Below are positions 42,601 through 51,415 of a stretch of DNA of 64,000 nt, one piece after another. Source of the DNA: Phoronis australis. Its lineage: Eukaryota > Animalia > Phoronida. Where the stretch lies: the NCBI GenBank assembly GCA_002633005.1, contig NMRA01000673.1, positions 1-64,000 on the forward strand, read 5' to 3'. A program made the position numbers and the translations under genes. Under the pieces are notes generated by a model, which did not search any database, was not told the origin of the DNA, and was given only the letters and a program-made list of their open reading frames with translations. Position 1 is the first letter of the stretch, and the number at the start of each line of letters is the position of its first letter.

Positions 42601-45600
42601 TCGTCGTTTGCTTTCATTTACTAGTCAGTCAATATGCCACACTGTTGCTGCGTACCGGAATGTACTAATTATCGGCTCACACGCGCTTTGGGAGTACCTT
42701 TGCATCGCTTTCCGATGGATGACACACTTCGCCGTACTTGGCTCGTTCGTGAGAAGAACGCAGCGTTACCCGTCCACGCAACGTACAGAGCAGTGGGGAA
42801 TTACCGTGTGTGTGGCAAGCACTTTCTGCACTCCGGTTACGAAATGGATTTGTACGCTGAACTGATGAAGGTCCCTGCGAAACAACGCCTGAAGAAGGAT
42901 GCCATTCCGTCTGTGTTGATTCCCGGCAGTGCCCCGTCGCCACCCTCGAGAAGTGCGTTTTTGAAGCGAGAAGCCTCGCGAGCTGTGGCCAGTACAGTGA
43001 CTGGAGCCAGTGGAGGCACTTCATTTACTGTCACCCGTGCCTCCGAACGTACCCCAGAGCGTGCAATTCCTGGAACCAGTAGTGATTCGCCCTGTGCTNC
43101 CACAAGAATTTGCCTCTCATGCTCGCCCTGTGGCGCCACCTGTAAATGTAAGTTCAAAATTACGTAAATTGGTATGCTTCAGTTAGGTGCAAATAAATGT
43201 ATTGATGTCCGCGTTCTGAGTAAGATGGGAATGCCTAGTAAGGACGTGATGCTTACACAGAGGCGATCTCGTCGTCTTGACTACGTTAGGCGCATGGGCA
43301 ATGGGAAAAATGCTAATGCACATGAAAAGCCTGCCAACGAAACAGACATGCAAGAAGGCCCAGGCTCCGTTCTACACATGTGTGTAAACGCGACCGCTGT
43401 GCAGTATATGCGGAGATGCATAAAAACCAGTGAGCAAAGGAGGGAAGAGAAGAAAATCAGGCACCACTTAAAGAACAAAGGCGACAGAGGGCAGAATCTG
43501 ATCCCACTGATCAGGACCTGTGGCAACTGCAACAGAACATACCGCTGTATAATCTGACTTTTTAGCCACAGGTGATGCTACAATCCCACCAATGACTGAC
43601 AGAGCTCATGTCCATTGTCTCATGAGACAGACGTCGACCACCTCTAAGAATATTCCACACAACCTGCACCAGTGTTTGGAATTTGCGCTCACAGAACACG
43701 CAATGAATAAGCAAGCAAAATGTAATTTTCCGTAAAGAGGGAAGACCGGTCATGGCAGGTCGTATTTTTGGATTCTGTTTCACACAGCCGTCGTGACGGC
43801 GAGTTACACGTGCACTCAAATGGCTGTCTTTACGAAAAACTGCGGTCACTAAATTAAATACTTTTGCAAATGATGTTGAACAATACAAGTTGTTCCACCA
43901 CTTCCAGTCTGCCCATTCAACTGTATCGCTTAAATGTAGGAGAAGAAAGGAAATACATAACTCTGAATTGGGGTTTCAATAGATGGCTAAAAGCAGCACT
44001 CCATTGTGTCGGTGCATTCTCAAATACACGTATTTACGAAGTTTGCCTGCTCTGCGACAATGTTGCTTAACAAGCAATTTGTCTGTACTATCTAGGGTTG
44101 AGTACGATCCTAGCGACAAGTCTGTGTACTTAGCCAAGTCACCTCAAAACTAGCATGCACTTCAACCCAAAAAAGTACACACGTTTTTACATATACCAAC
44201 ACATTATAGAAATATATATTTTTCCGGTACCCCTTTTGATTGGTCTTGGATTCCCTTAAAACTTCTACAGGATTTGAACGCTTCACCCAACCACAAGAAG
44301 CCAGTTGTATTCGACCTGACGTACATTAATGCTTAAAGCCAATGGCAAGTTGTTATTGTCTTCCAGTGCATTTTACCTCGTTTCTTTTTGCGTTATCAAA
44401 GTTTTCCAATTCTTCTCCCAAGCGGTCAGTTTCTTTCTCGCCTATTTCCTCTCCATCCATGGAAGACCATTCTCGAAATTCTTGCAAAAGTTTATTTTCC
44501 GCTAATTTCTCGGTAACATCTTCGCCACCACTTTCCTGAAAATAGTATGCAAAATAGATACAAAGCTAGACAGGAACCGAAATAATAATTACAGAACTGG
44601 ATGGAATCGGCCCAGCACCGGTTGTTGTCATGGTAAACGTGAAAAATAAAACTGCCAATAGGGGACACACCTGTAGTCGGATTAGTCTGAAATTCGTCGT
44701 CATCCTTATCATCTCCAGTGCAACATGTCCGTCACACTACATAAGGATCCTACGAGAAGTTCAGACAGATGCGACCGTGGACGCCAAAAAATGACACTTT
44801 GGGTCGCCACAGTTGTCAAACATGTTTGAAAATAAGTATCAGCTGCGGTCTTTTTATCAGGAAAACATACGCCGAGTTCTATTATGATCATTTGAACGCT
44901 TGGGCAGGTGGAATGGTGAACATCAAAAACCCACTCAATTTTGATAACTTGCCACCAGAATACGTCAAAATGTGTCCGAAAATAAAAGGCGTCATAGTCT
45001 CTTAAAACAAATCTATTTGTCAAATTTCATGAAAACTTGAATACATCAAAGAACTCGGAAGATACGGATGCAAATGTAAAAAAAACAGCCGCTAAGAGAA
45101 ACACCTGTAGACGGATTAGTCTGAAACTCAACTCGTCATCCTTATCATCTCCTTAGGAACATATCTGTCATACTATACAAAGACACACCAAAGAGCCAAA
45201 GAGATACACCAGTGGACGCCAAAAATGCCTCTAGGGGTTGCTGCAGTAGTCGAACCTGTCCGAAAGTAAGTGTCAGCTGCTGGCTTTTTATCATGAAAAC
45301 ATCTGCCAATTCCTATAATGATCTCTTGGACCCTTCGGTGGATAGAAAGGCGGACGTCAAAAACATACTCGATTTTAAGTTGCCACCAGGTAACGTAGAA
45401 TACGTCAAGTGTGTCTGAAAATGGAAGGCGTCATCATCTCCTTAATTAAAACCAATACGATACACATCACGTAAACCCATCAATGAACTCGGAAGATACG
45501 AAGACAAACGTTCAAAAACTTCATTAGGGGGCATATCTGTGATCGGATGGGTTTGAAATTCGTCGTCATCTATTATCAACAGCATAGAAAAATATCTGAC

Positions 45601-47990
45601 AACTTTCACAAACGTCCTCAAAGGAGCTAATGAATATAGCTGCGTACGTTAAAAAAAACTGCCACTTGAAATTCAGTGTCAGCCGCGGTCTTCTCATCAC
45701 GAAAACATTTGTCAATTTTCTTAGTGATTCTGAAAACAATTTAGTGGAAAGGAAGGTGGGCANNNNNNNNNNNNNNNNNNNNNNNNNNNNNNNNNNNNNN
45801 NNNNNNNNNNNNNNNNNNNNNNNNNNNNNNNNNNNNNNNNNNNNNNNNNNNNGTAAGTGTCAGCTGCTGGCTTTTTATCAGGAAAACATCTGCCAATTCC
45901 TATAATGATCTCTTGGACACTTCGGTGGATAGAAAGGCGGACGTCAAAAACATACTCGATTTTAAGTTGCCACCAGGTAACGTAGAATACGTCAAGTGTG
46001 TCTGAAAATGGAAGGCGTCATCATCTCCTTAATTAAAACCAATACGCTACACATCACGCAAACCCATCAATGAACTCGGAAGATACGAAGACAAACGTTC
46101 AAAAACTTCATTAGGGGGCATATCTGTGATCGGATGGGTTTGAAATTCGTCGTCATCTATTATCAACAGCATAGAAAAACATCTGACAACTTTCACAAAC
46201 GTCCTCAAAGGAGCTAATGAATATAGCTGCGTACGTTAAAAAAAACTGCCACTTGAAATTCAGTGTCAGCCGCGGTCTTCTCATCACGAAAACATTTGTC
46301 AATTTTCTTAGTGATTCTGAAAACAATTTAGTGGAAAGGAAGGTGGGCACTAATAGAGTAGTCAATTTTTTAAACTGGCAACAGGTGGTGCAGAATAACT
46401 CAGATACTCCGAAAACGGTTAAGGGTCATCGTAGCTATGATAGAAACCTATATGCTAAATTTTAAGCAATTTCATCCACTGGAGGATTTTCGAAAATACT
46501 CAGACAAACTTCTTAAGAAGTAGAATTGACAGTAAGAGGCAGAACGGTAGTCATATCGGCCTGAGGCTTGTTTTCATATATCCTCAGTTTCATAGGAACA
46601 CATCTATCATATCACGTGATCCTTCAAGGGGTTTAGTAGATACGGACACCGGTCGCCACGACACCCGGTAGACCAGAGACAGATGTAGGCAATATCAATA
46701 CGTGAGTAAATAAAAATGGCATTGGGGGGGCACAGCGTTAGATAGATATTTCTAATTGTCTTTGTCAATGTTTACCGCAGTCATAGAAATTCACTTGTCA
46801 AATTTCACGAAGATCCTGTAAAGTTTTAGGTTTGATTTCATAAAAATACATAATAAAACGCGAAAAATAAAGCTGCCACTAGAGGGTAAAGCTGTAAGTG
46901 CATCCGCCCAAAAGCATATCACAATTATCACCTTAAAAATACACTTGACAAATTTAGCAAAGAAAAGAGGTAAAGCCTCAGACGCAGGAAAACAAAGGTG
47001 TCCCTATGAGGCTCCATGGTAGGCCAAAATTCACCGCCAGTGGTCCTCTTTAGAGTAGGAATATATATGCATATTTCCATAATCTTCTATAGATTGGTTT
47101 GGCTGATAGAGAGGTGGTGGTACAAACAGGCGGCCTCTACAGTTGACATGGGCTGCGACTAATCCATTTGAAAACAAATAGATGTTATCGCCGCTTTAGT
47201 CAACTTCCATATCAAATCCGTCAAGGAACTTGAAAGGCGAAGACGGAATAATGTCCTTCCGTGCCACAACGGTTGGAGGATCCACCCTAAATACGTAGTC
47301 GTTCGTTGTCAACTCCATGTAAATACAATCGCCAATTTATAAAGATCCTACAAAGGGTTTACAAGATTCTGTCATGCACGAAAAAGAAACTGCCACCAGT
47401 AGGCGGCACAGTAGTTTGAACCTACCGAAATCACCGTCAGTCGTTTTCTTCACACTCAAAAAATATCTGCCAATGTTCAACATCATCCTTGGCTGATAGA
47501 AGGCATCAACAGACTCAAAAACAGTCGAGTAAGAGAAGTCAAATTAATCTGAAATTTGCATGTTGGGGTCATCTCACTAATAAATAAGTATCAGCCAGAT
47601 TTTTTTTGAAAATCCATTCAGGATCTTCAAAGCTATAGAGGTAAAGATAAAAAATATATTGCAACTTGAGGGCACATCGGTAGCCTGATCTGTGCTGTTC
47701 CATTTATGAAAGGAATATATCTGAAAAATACATGCACATATTTTCATGGGCTTTGAAGATACATGTACAAGAACCGGGATACCGGACGGTTGGACAGAAG
47801 AACGGCAGGGATGTAACTGCCTAACAGTGTATTTTACCTCGTTTTTCTTGATGTTATCGAACTGTTGCAGTTCTTCTAATAGATCCTTAATTTCCTTTTC
47901 CTCGTTTGCTTCCCCATCAAAAGAGGACCAGCTTCGAATTTCTGGCTGGTCTTCCTCTGAGTTCTTGGCAACGTCATTGCGACGGACGTT
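1867..47990 (-). CDS. Gene B: multi-exon astacin-family (M12A) metalloprotease, propeptide-astacin-EGF-CUB-EGF-MAMx4 (about 1230 aa in identified exons; 5' exon(s) not found; two frame anomalies)
   Basis: 27 exons with AG acceptors and GT (one GC) donors; phases chain correctly except at two junctions; [19 protein letters not shown] zinc signature, SDMHY Met-turn, and CUB, EGF and MAM motifs. Confidence 0.88.
2707..2885 (-). CDS. Gene B exon, MAM4 part c (GTYCFSFNWHMHGGSGMGDL...SGPQGDAWH)
   Basis: 179 nt, phase 1-0. Confidence 0.92.
3734..5610. mobile_element. Gene-B-specific intronic insertion(s), partly hidden by N gap 3777-4634; MITE-like G-rich termini
   Basis: Absent from the paralogous gene A intron; ATAGGCGGATTTAGGGGG and CAGTGGCGGATGTAGG starts flank the gap. 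Confidence 0.5.
4881..4947 (-). mobile_element. Degenerate tRNA-like sequence or SINE head
   Basis: A-box-like TGGTGTAGGGG and B-box-like GAGTTCAAGTC with tRNA spacing; acceptor stem poor. Confidence 0.5.
5843..5972 (-). CDS. Gene B exon, MAM4 part b (GNTPSSGTGP...GYIYTEVSSPRANGEVAKLISP)
   Basis: 130 nt, phase 0-1. Confidence 0.92.
6308..6396 (-). CDS. Gene B exon, MAM4 part a ([29 protein letters not shown])
   Basis: 89 nt, phase 1-0. Confidence 0.92.
7147..7249 (-). CDS. Gene B exon, MAM3 part d (LLISASKGSTWMGDIAIDSLILRHGACHGTTAPT)
   Basis: 103 nt, phase 0-1; GDIAID. Confidence 0.92.
8150..8328 (-). CDS. Gene B exon, MAM3 part c (GDYCFSFKWNMEGGSNMGDL...SGPHGPLWH)
   Basis: 179 nt, phase 1-0. 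Confidence 0.92.
9210..9336 (-). CDS. Gene B exon, MAM3 part b (GGTPSSGTGP...YLYAEVSSP...SSFP), GC donor
   Basis: 127 nt, phase 0-1 using a CAG|GCAAGT donor. Confidence 0.88.
9808..9896 (-). CDS. Gene B exon, MAM3 part a (SAASCDFESDNICMWKQLQTDDFDWTVQS)
   Basis: 89 nt, phase 1-0. Confidence 0.92.
11661..11904 (-). CDS. Gene B exon, MAM2 part d plus Ser/Thr-rich linker (LLILANKAQTWQGDIAID...GSC...TTPS)
   Basis: 244 nt, phase 0-1; GDIAID motif followed by mucin-like linker. Confidence 0.92.
12265..12446 (-). CDS. Gene B exon, MAM2 part c (GSYCFSFKWHMYGSSAMGDL...SGSHGDTWH)
   Basis: 182 nt, phase 1-0. Confidence 0.88.
13034..13159 (-). CDS. Gene B exon, MAM2 part b (GPTPSTGTGP...YLYVEVSSP...IESSPFR); 1 nt shorter than needed for frame
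   Basis: 126 nt with gtaagt donor (phase 0), whereas the homologous MAM3 exon is 127 nt (phase 1). Confidence 0.8.
14180..15500 (+). repeat. Degenerate copy of an internally repetitive interspersed family (GCCACTAGGGGGC / AAATTTCATGAA units)
   Basis: Recurrent motifs shared with 34.6-35.6 kb, 44.6-47.8 kb and 62.2-64 kb. Confidence 0.6.
15695..15783 (-). CDS. Gene B exon, MAM2 part a (KEASCDFENGNICMWKQLQIDDIDWTVKS)
   Basis: 89 nt, phase 1-0. Confidence 0.85.
17160..18517 (+). mobile_element. Non-autonomous Helentron/HINE-like element with internal ~425-bp duplication, (AAGAAT)n tract and triplicated 3' hairpin
   Basis: ACTCTGCGCGTG at 17172 is the inverted copy of 3' CACGCGCAGAGT; hairpin consensus TACTCTGCGC-ttacac-GCGCAGAGTA in three slightly diverged copies; TGACCTTTGACC-rich units. 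Confidence 0.6.
19543..19718 (-). CDS. Gene B exon, MAM1 part c (NTYCFSFDYNMYGSNMGDL...SGNQGDTWH...KFK)
   Basis: 176 nt, phase 1-0; CFSFxYxMYG..MG.L and GNQGxxW. Confidence 0.92.
20489..20618 (-). CDS. Gene B exon, MAM1 part b (GGTPSWGTGP...GYIYVEAT...GDVAVLQTP)
   Basis: 130 nt, phase 0-1; TPS.GTGP and YIYVEA. Confidence 0.92.
21200..22750 (-). mobile_element. Decayed L1/Tx1-type LINE reverse transcriptase fragment
   Basis: Frame-broken NSVYKLFTRVVANR, RFIGQDIRLMQDII, KGFDS.NWSFL, RGFRQG, QYVDE (QYADD-like), GLKLN and ETSEHMF. Confidence 0.8.
23310..23398 (-). CDS. Gene B exon, MAM1 part a (TSVTCNFDDSKLCAWEQNKEDQFDWIPLQ)
   Basis: 89 nt, phase 1-0; CxFD..LC.W.Q...D.FDW. Confidence 0.92.
23860..24215 (+). 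mobile_element. Penelope-like retroelement RT C-terminal fragment
   Basis: FDVLI...TSVYRKPTFSGVYLKWDSFAP...RAFKICS...QNGYP, followed by LPYLG. Confidence 0.8.
25193..25303 (-). CDS. Gene B exon, EGF-like domain 2 (DPCLKCPSRSTCSLAGSQPTCECWAGFQGSNCD)
   Basis: 111 nt, phase 1-1; CxCxxGFxGxxC. Confidence 0.88.
25778..25926 (-). CDS. Gene B exon, CUB C-terminal part (YCGHM...MMLIFNTHGGALSSKGFSFTARA)
   Basis: 149 nt, phase 2-1; YCG...F.T....KGF motif. Confidence 0.9.
27449..27603. repeat. (CTG)n trinucleotide microsatellite, imperfect
   Basis: Direct reading. Confidence 0.95.
29868..29998 (-). CDS. Gene B exon, CUB middle (GPQKNNSGIIVTFDDFEV...CVHSLEI...GQKGVK)
   Basis: 131 nt, phase 0-2; IxxxFxDFEV...C..LEI. 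Confidence 0.88.
30268..30878. mobile_element. MITE with ~75-80-bp imperfect TIRs and TA flanks (Tc1/mariner-like)
   Basis: GCCCATTAGTGCCGTGAA...TTGAATCTGTTAATACGGATTGCCAAT is inverted at ATTGGCAATCTGTATTAAAAGATTCAA...TTCACGACACTAATGGGC; TA on both sides. Confidence 0.7.
31770..31925. mobile_element. Short hAT-like MITE
   Basis: TIR CAGTGCTGTAGTG / CACTACAATACTG; 8-bp flanks ATTGTTCG / CTTGTTCG (7/8 match, TSD). Confidence 0.7.
32253..32371 (-). CDS. Gene B exon, CUB N-terminal part (YPECGGVYNL...SPGYPKNYPLNKTCVYVIR)
   Basis: 119 nt, phase 1-0; CGG...SPGYPxNY...CxYxI. Confidence 0.93.
32901..33023 (-). CDS. Gene B exon, EGF-like domain 1 (DCTDVCYNHGYP...CGCKCPRGLTGDC)
   Basis: 123 nt, phase 1-1, six Cys. 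Confidence 0.88.
33244..33370 (-). CDS. Gene B exon, astacin C-terminus (AFSINGQPTI...GSRNGLTFYDAKMANLVFNCK)
   Basis: 127 nt, phase 0-1; AFSxNGxPTI and GxRxGLxxxD..N...C motifs. Confidence 0.93.
34052..34243 (-). CDS. Gene B exon, astacin catalytic centre ([24 protein letters not shown]...YDLESDMHYSLY)
   Basis: 192 nt, phase 0-0; intact HExxHxxGxxHExxRxDRD and SxMHY. Confidence 0.96.
34480..35620 (+). repeat. GCCACTAGGGGGC-family repeat with GGACGCCGGACG tract
   Basis: Aligns with 62200-63520. Confidence 0.65.
35878..36223. mobile_element. Second member of the same MITE family
   Basis: Right end GGTTGGCTGCGCCTACTTGTGCCTAAGCCTCACTACAGCACTG is close to the reverse complement of the 31770 left end; left boundary approximate. 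Confidence 0.55.
36721..36796 (-). CDS. Gene B exon, astacin (GCSSYIGKLSSSGGQSVTLAESGCIN)
   Basis: 76 nt, phase 2-0; GCxSYIG...QxVxL...GC motif. Confidence 0.92.
38400..39420 (+). mobile_element. Decayed 3' fragment of an L1/Tx1-type LINE (zf-RVT region)
   Basis: NLVSDDKCASWGTVETFNHMFVECGSVKTLW resembles the C-terminal CCHC of LINE ORF2; frameshifted. Confidence 0.65.
39624..39844 (-). CDS. Gene B exon, basic cleavage site plus astacin N-terminus (FDQISKRKASEVSWVSYWPNGVVPW...IEEAIAHWEKETCLRF...GRG)
   Basis: 221 nt, phase 0-2; WPNGVVP and AIxHWExxTCLRF astacin motifs. Confidence 0.92.
40292..40399 (-). CDS. Gene B exon, propeptide with Asp-switch-like motif (KPVSHRVNPDEKGEDIILTHVQK...PGDE)
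   Basis: 108 nt, phase 0-0; GEDIILT resembles the astacin propeptide EGDI motif. Confidence 0.8.
41416..42383 (+). repeat. Copy 1 of a ~970-bp direct duplication (copy 2 at 43100-44070)
   Basis: Colinear, a few percent divergent, both end in TTAA. Confidence 0.9.
42384..43098 (+). mobile_element. 5' end of a THAP-encoding DNA transposon (Kolobok-like), truncated at single N 43099
   Basis: Begins TTAA|AGG; contains a THAP ORF; missing from the duplicate copy. Confidence 0.7.
42634..43098 (+). CDS. THAP zinc-finger domain protein, N-terminus (transposase-type, partial)
   Basis: MPHCCCVPEC...LHRFP...W...VCGKHF...LKKDAIPSV matches the C2CH THAP signature plus AVPTIF-like box. Confidence 0.88.
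43100..44070 (+). repeat. Copy 2 of the ~970-bp duplication, ending in an uninterrupted TTAA
   Basis: Starts right after N 43099. Confidence 0.9.
44377..44535 (-). CDS. Gene B exon, acidic propeptide repeat 2 (ESGGEDVTEK...WSSMDGEE...FDNAKRNE)
   Basis: 159 nt, phase 0-0, ttttcag acceptor and gtaaaa donor, no stops. Confidence 0.72.
44600..47800 (+). repeat. Long degenerate array of GCCACTAGGGGGC-family units, including a 497-bp near-identical duplication around gap 45763-45852
   Basis: Recurrent motifs; 45266-45762 nearly equals 45853-46349. Confidence 0.65.
47838..47990 (-). CDS. Gene B exon, acidic propeptide repeat 1 (NVRRNDVAKNSEEDQPEIRSWSSFDGE...FDNIKKNE)
   Basis: 153 nt, phase 0-0, tgcag acceptor and gtaaaa donor; paralogous to exon 44377-44535. 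Confidence 0.7.
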
Positions 47991-50900
47991 CTGCAAATAA
48001 AATTGGCGTAGTTTTTGATTTTTGGGCTCGTCAGGTGTGCTTAACAGCGGAATTTAAGTACTGTTACGTAGAAATAGTAATTAAACAACTGATTGAACTA
48101 TAACAAAAGCATATTTCTTATGGGTCTGAGAAGAACTCTGTAAGTGTAAAGCTTTCCAAAACTGAAATCTCCAACAGTTAAATAGGATTTCACCACAGAT
48201 TTTCACCTGGTTTTGAGAACACGGGTATGCCCTGCGGAACATGGGCGAAATTCTACAAGATTAGTGGTCACGCTTTTTTCCATGATGCGACTCATTTTGG
48301 GAAATCGTTCAGCTAAGAGAACACACACTACCAGGAGTAATTGCTTTTCCTTGCCACAAGTTTGGAAGTATAGAAGGAATACCGCCATGTTATCGTACGA
48401 GTGTGGAACGTCTGTAGCACAACGGATCGATAATTCGTAAACTCTTTTCACAAGTCATCATCTGACCATAACAATAACATGGAAACCAAAAATGCATGAG
48501 GAAAACAGAGATTAAAAGTTGCCCTATCGCAATGCCGGGTGAAATTGACATCAACAGAGCAACAAGCGATCATATGGTGGCGTTTAGTGGCTGCAACATT
48601 CATAGAAGCTCCACATCATCCCCGCAATATTGGCAAAAACCGCAAAACGGCTACAACACCCCACAATTATAACACCCACGTGATTAATATTTTCCAACAC
48701 CGGCCTTAATGGGAGTAGCACGAAGACGGTGCTTGGCTAATTGCACGAAAATTGGTGTGTCATCTATGCATTTGTAGACCTTTTGCGAGTTTATAACAAT
48801 AACGCGAGCTTATGTGAGACTTAACTGTGACGTCACGGGAAGTAGAGCAAAACCTTGTCGTTTGGCCATTTGCCCAATACGGTAGCAAAGTGTATTCTGT
48901 TATTTTCTTCGAGTTTTAGACGTTTAGTTCGAAAAATGCCAAACAAGCATAGCTGTTATGGCAAATGAAATTCAGATTCGCACTACAATACTTTCAATCG
49001 TCTCTGTACTAATTTCGTCCCGTGTATTTTAAACGGGCGGTAGGCAAAATCCGCTCACTGATTAAGTTTTAACCTCGTCAAAAATACATTCTACACCTAA
49101 AGCTTACTTTCTTCAGTGATTCTTTCTGCTTCTAAACATATCTTCAATGAAGCATAGCTAATGGAATTCAGGTGACTTTGGAGGAGAATTCCAACTCCAC
49201 TTTGTGGTTACTGTTAGCTTTGACCGAGCGCGCGAATAACAACAAAGTACATTATTTCAACTGAGTCAGGCGAGTATGAGGCAAAGGCTAGCGCGCGACT
49301 GAGCGAAGTGCGAGACCTGGCGCGTGACACTTGCAAAATAGCATGGGAAAATATCAAATGAAATTTGTGAAAGATTTGTGTCCTTGGACTTATTGTTCGC
49401 CAACAGGCGTGATTTCACATAACTTCCTCAAAATGGCGCCCAGTGAGAGAAACTCGAGCGAACCACGAGGTTTTCATGGATATGTTCAAGTTATTTGTAG
49501 ACTGAAGTGTGTCCAGAGTCATGATATGTATTAATTATAACTCCACGTGCACATACGCATGTTTCATTTGATATTATTTGCTGTAATTTGAAGTGAGTAA
49601 CTTTTTCTGGGGATACACTAACGCCCCTGTATACCTGCGGCATTCAGGCCTAGACCGGGTTGAGTTCCAATTTCATTCCCTTCACAGCTTCGCACAACAT
49701 AACAAGTTCACATTTTCTTCGCCATTCACAGTTATTCCACGATTCATCTACAATCTCTCAAGTTGTGTTAACGTTTTAAGCGTAAAATTCACCATAAGAA
49801 CTCCAGTAAGGTTTAGCGTGTGTAGCAAGGGCTCGGGGCAAAACAAGAGTAATATGGCGGGTTTTGCCCCCCTTTCGGTGACGATACATTGACTAACTGA
49901 AACTTGCAAGTGAGCTAAGATTGAGCAACATCATATTGAACGGACAGGTATTAACACGGCACTAAGGGACGAAGCAAAACTGAAATACCAGCGTGTTTCA
50001 AAGGTTATGGGTGCCGCCAGTTCTTTATAAAGCGTCCAGCACGGTACAGCAGTTTGGAAGATAGAGAAGAGCACACCAAGAACTTTTAAAAAGAATGGAG
50101 GTAGTAAGCTTACTGCACGTGTTTGTCCTTGTGTTTGTCCTTTCCTAACCAATACAATTTTAGAGCGGGGAATATTTGATTTGTTCTGAAAGGCTCTTGA
50201 GCTTTCTTTTAGTTATCGTTTCGTCGCTGTGAGAGATTGTAAGTGTGTTCCAGCGGACATGAGCATGCAATTTTAGAAGGAAAACAGATTTTTTGTCATG
50301 AAGGGACCAGTGTGTGCCTTTTCGGTAGAGCCAGCCTTCCTTGGCAAGTTCCTAGACGTCATTTCTATGACCAATTATAAGCCAATCTTATTCGGAGCCA
50401 TCTGATCTGTGGACCTGTACTAATCCCAATCGGTTGAATGAATCACTGTTTTTAAGTTTTATTAAATATTTCTGGCATCAGCTAAGTGGGTGATGGGTTT
50501 GCATCAGGACTGGGACTAAAGTCAACGGAGGAGCCGGGCAGGAGATCACTTGTGAGACCAGAAGAATCTAATAACACAGCTCCTTGGGAATGTTCAAGTG
50601 TTCAAAGGCGCTGTAAACCTTGGTTTATCCTTTTCACATGCGTACTTGGATGTCATCGCGTTTTTTCATTCGTTGCACCTAATCACCTGATATGACAATA
50701 GCAACCATGCTCAAGCCTAGAGATCGTTATTTTATTGCGCAACCAGATACACTATAGCACAATAAGTGGTCTAAATCTTTCTATGTTTCTGGGTTTGACA
50801 AGCTTCATCTAGACCTTATTTACGAAGCATGTTTCACTGTGAAGGTGACTTTAATGTACTGATATGAAGGATCTTAGAAAAGAGACCATCTTTGGAAAGC

Positions 50901-51324
50901 ATTGGAACGTCCTACCAAATTGTTGATCGGATTTGTATTCATGATCCACGTGAAACTCCTGTATACCTTGCTTCTTGACGTGTTTGCCAAAACCCCGCCA
51001 GTCATTGTTTACAAAATGTTCAACTTTGGCACAAGAGGCTATATTGAAACTCAATTATTTTTTATGACTTGCATGGAAAAAAATTATAAACAATGCACAT
51101 AATGAAAAAGAAATTGAGTGATATTTTATAAAACAGTAACAGCTTTTTTGTTTTCGTCTTTATTGATATTTATTTTACGAAATTTGCTCACGATTTTTTA
51201 AAATGGTGTTTTGTTATCAATGCATCTTTCTTTTCTACAAAATTTAATGATGGCGGTCAGAGTTTAAATTATGCAAGCCTTCTATTTTCAGAAAGTTCAC
51301 ATTTTGCTAATTTAAAACAATAGT

Positions 51325-51326
<2 letters not shown>

Positions 51327-51414
<88 letters not shown>
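51327..51414. repeat. (TG)44 microsatellite
   Basis: Direct reading. Confidence 0.97.

Positions 51415-51415
<1 letters not shown>

Noticed and set aside
43174-43888. ORFs in the duplicated segment as a continuation of the THAP transposase or KolX
   Set aside because: They lie in duplicated flank beyond the N, have no DDE or other recognisable motifs, and have indels relative to copy 1
45266-46349. 497-bp direct duplication as a biological repeat
   Set aside because: Near-identical copies abut both sides of an N gap, typical of unmerged contig overlap
49200-49870. CpG-richer patch with AAAATGGCG (YY1-like) motifs as the gene B promoter
   Set aside because: No first exon identified and such motifs are common in repeats; unsupported
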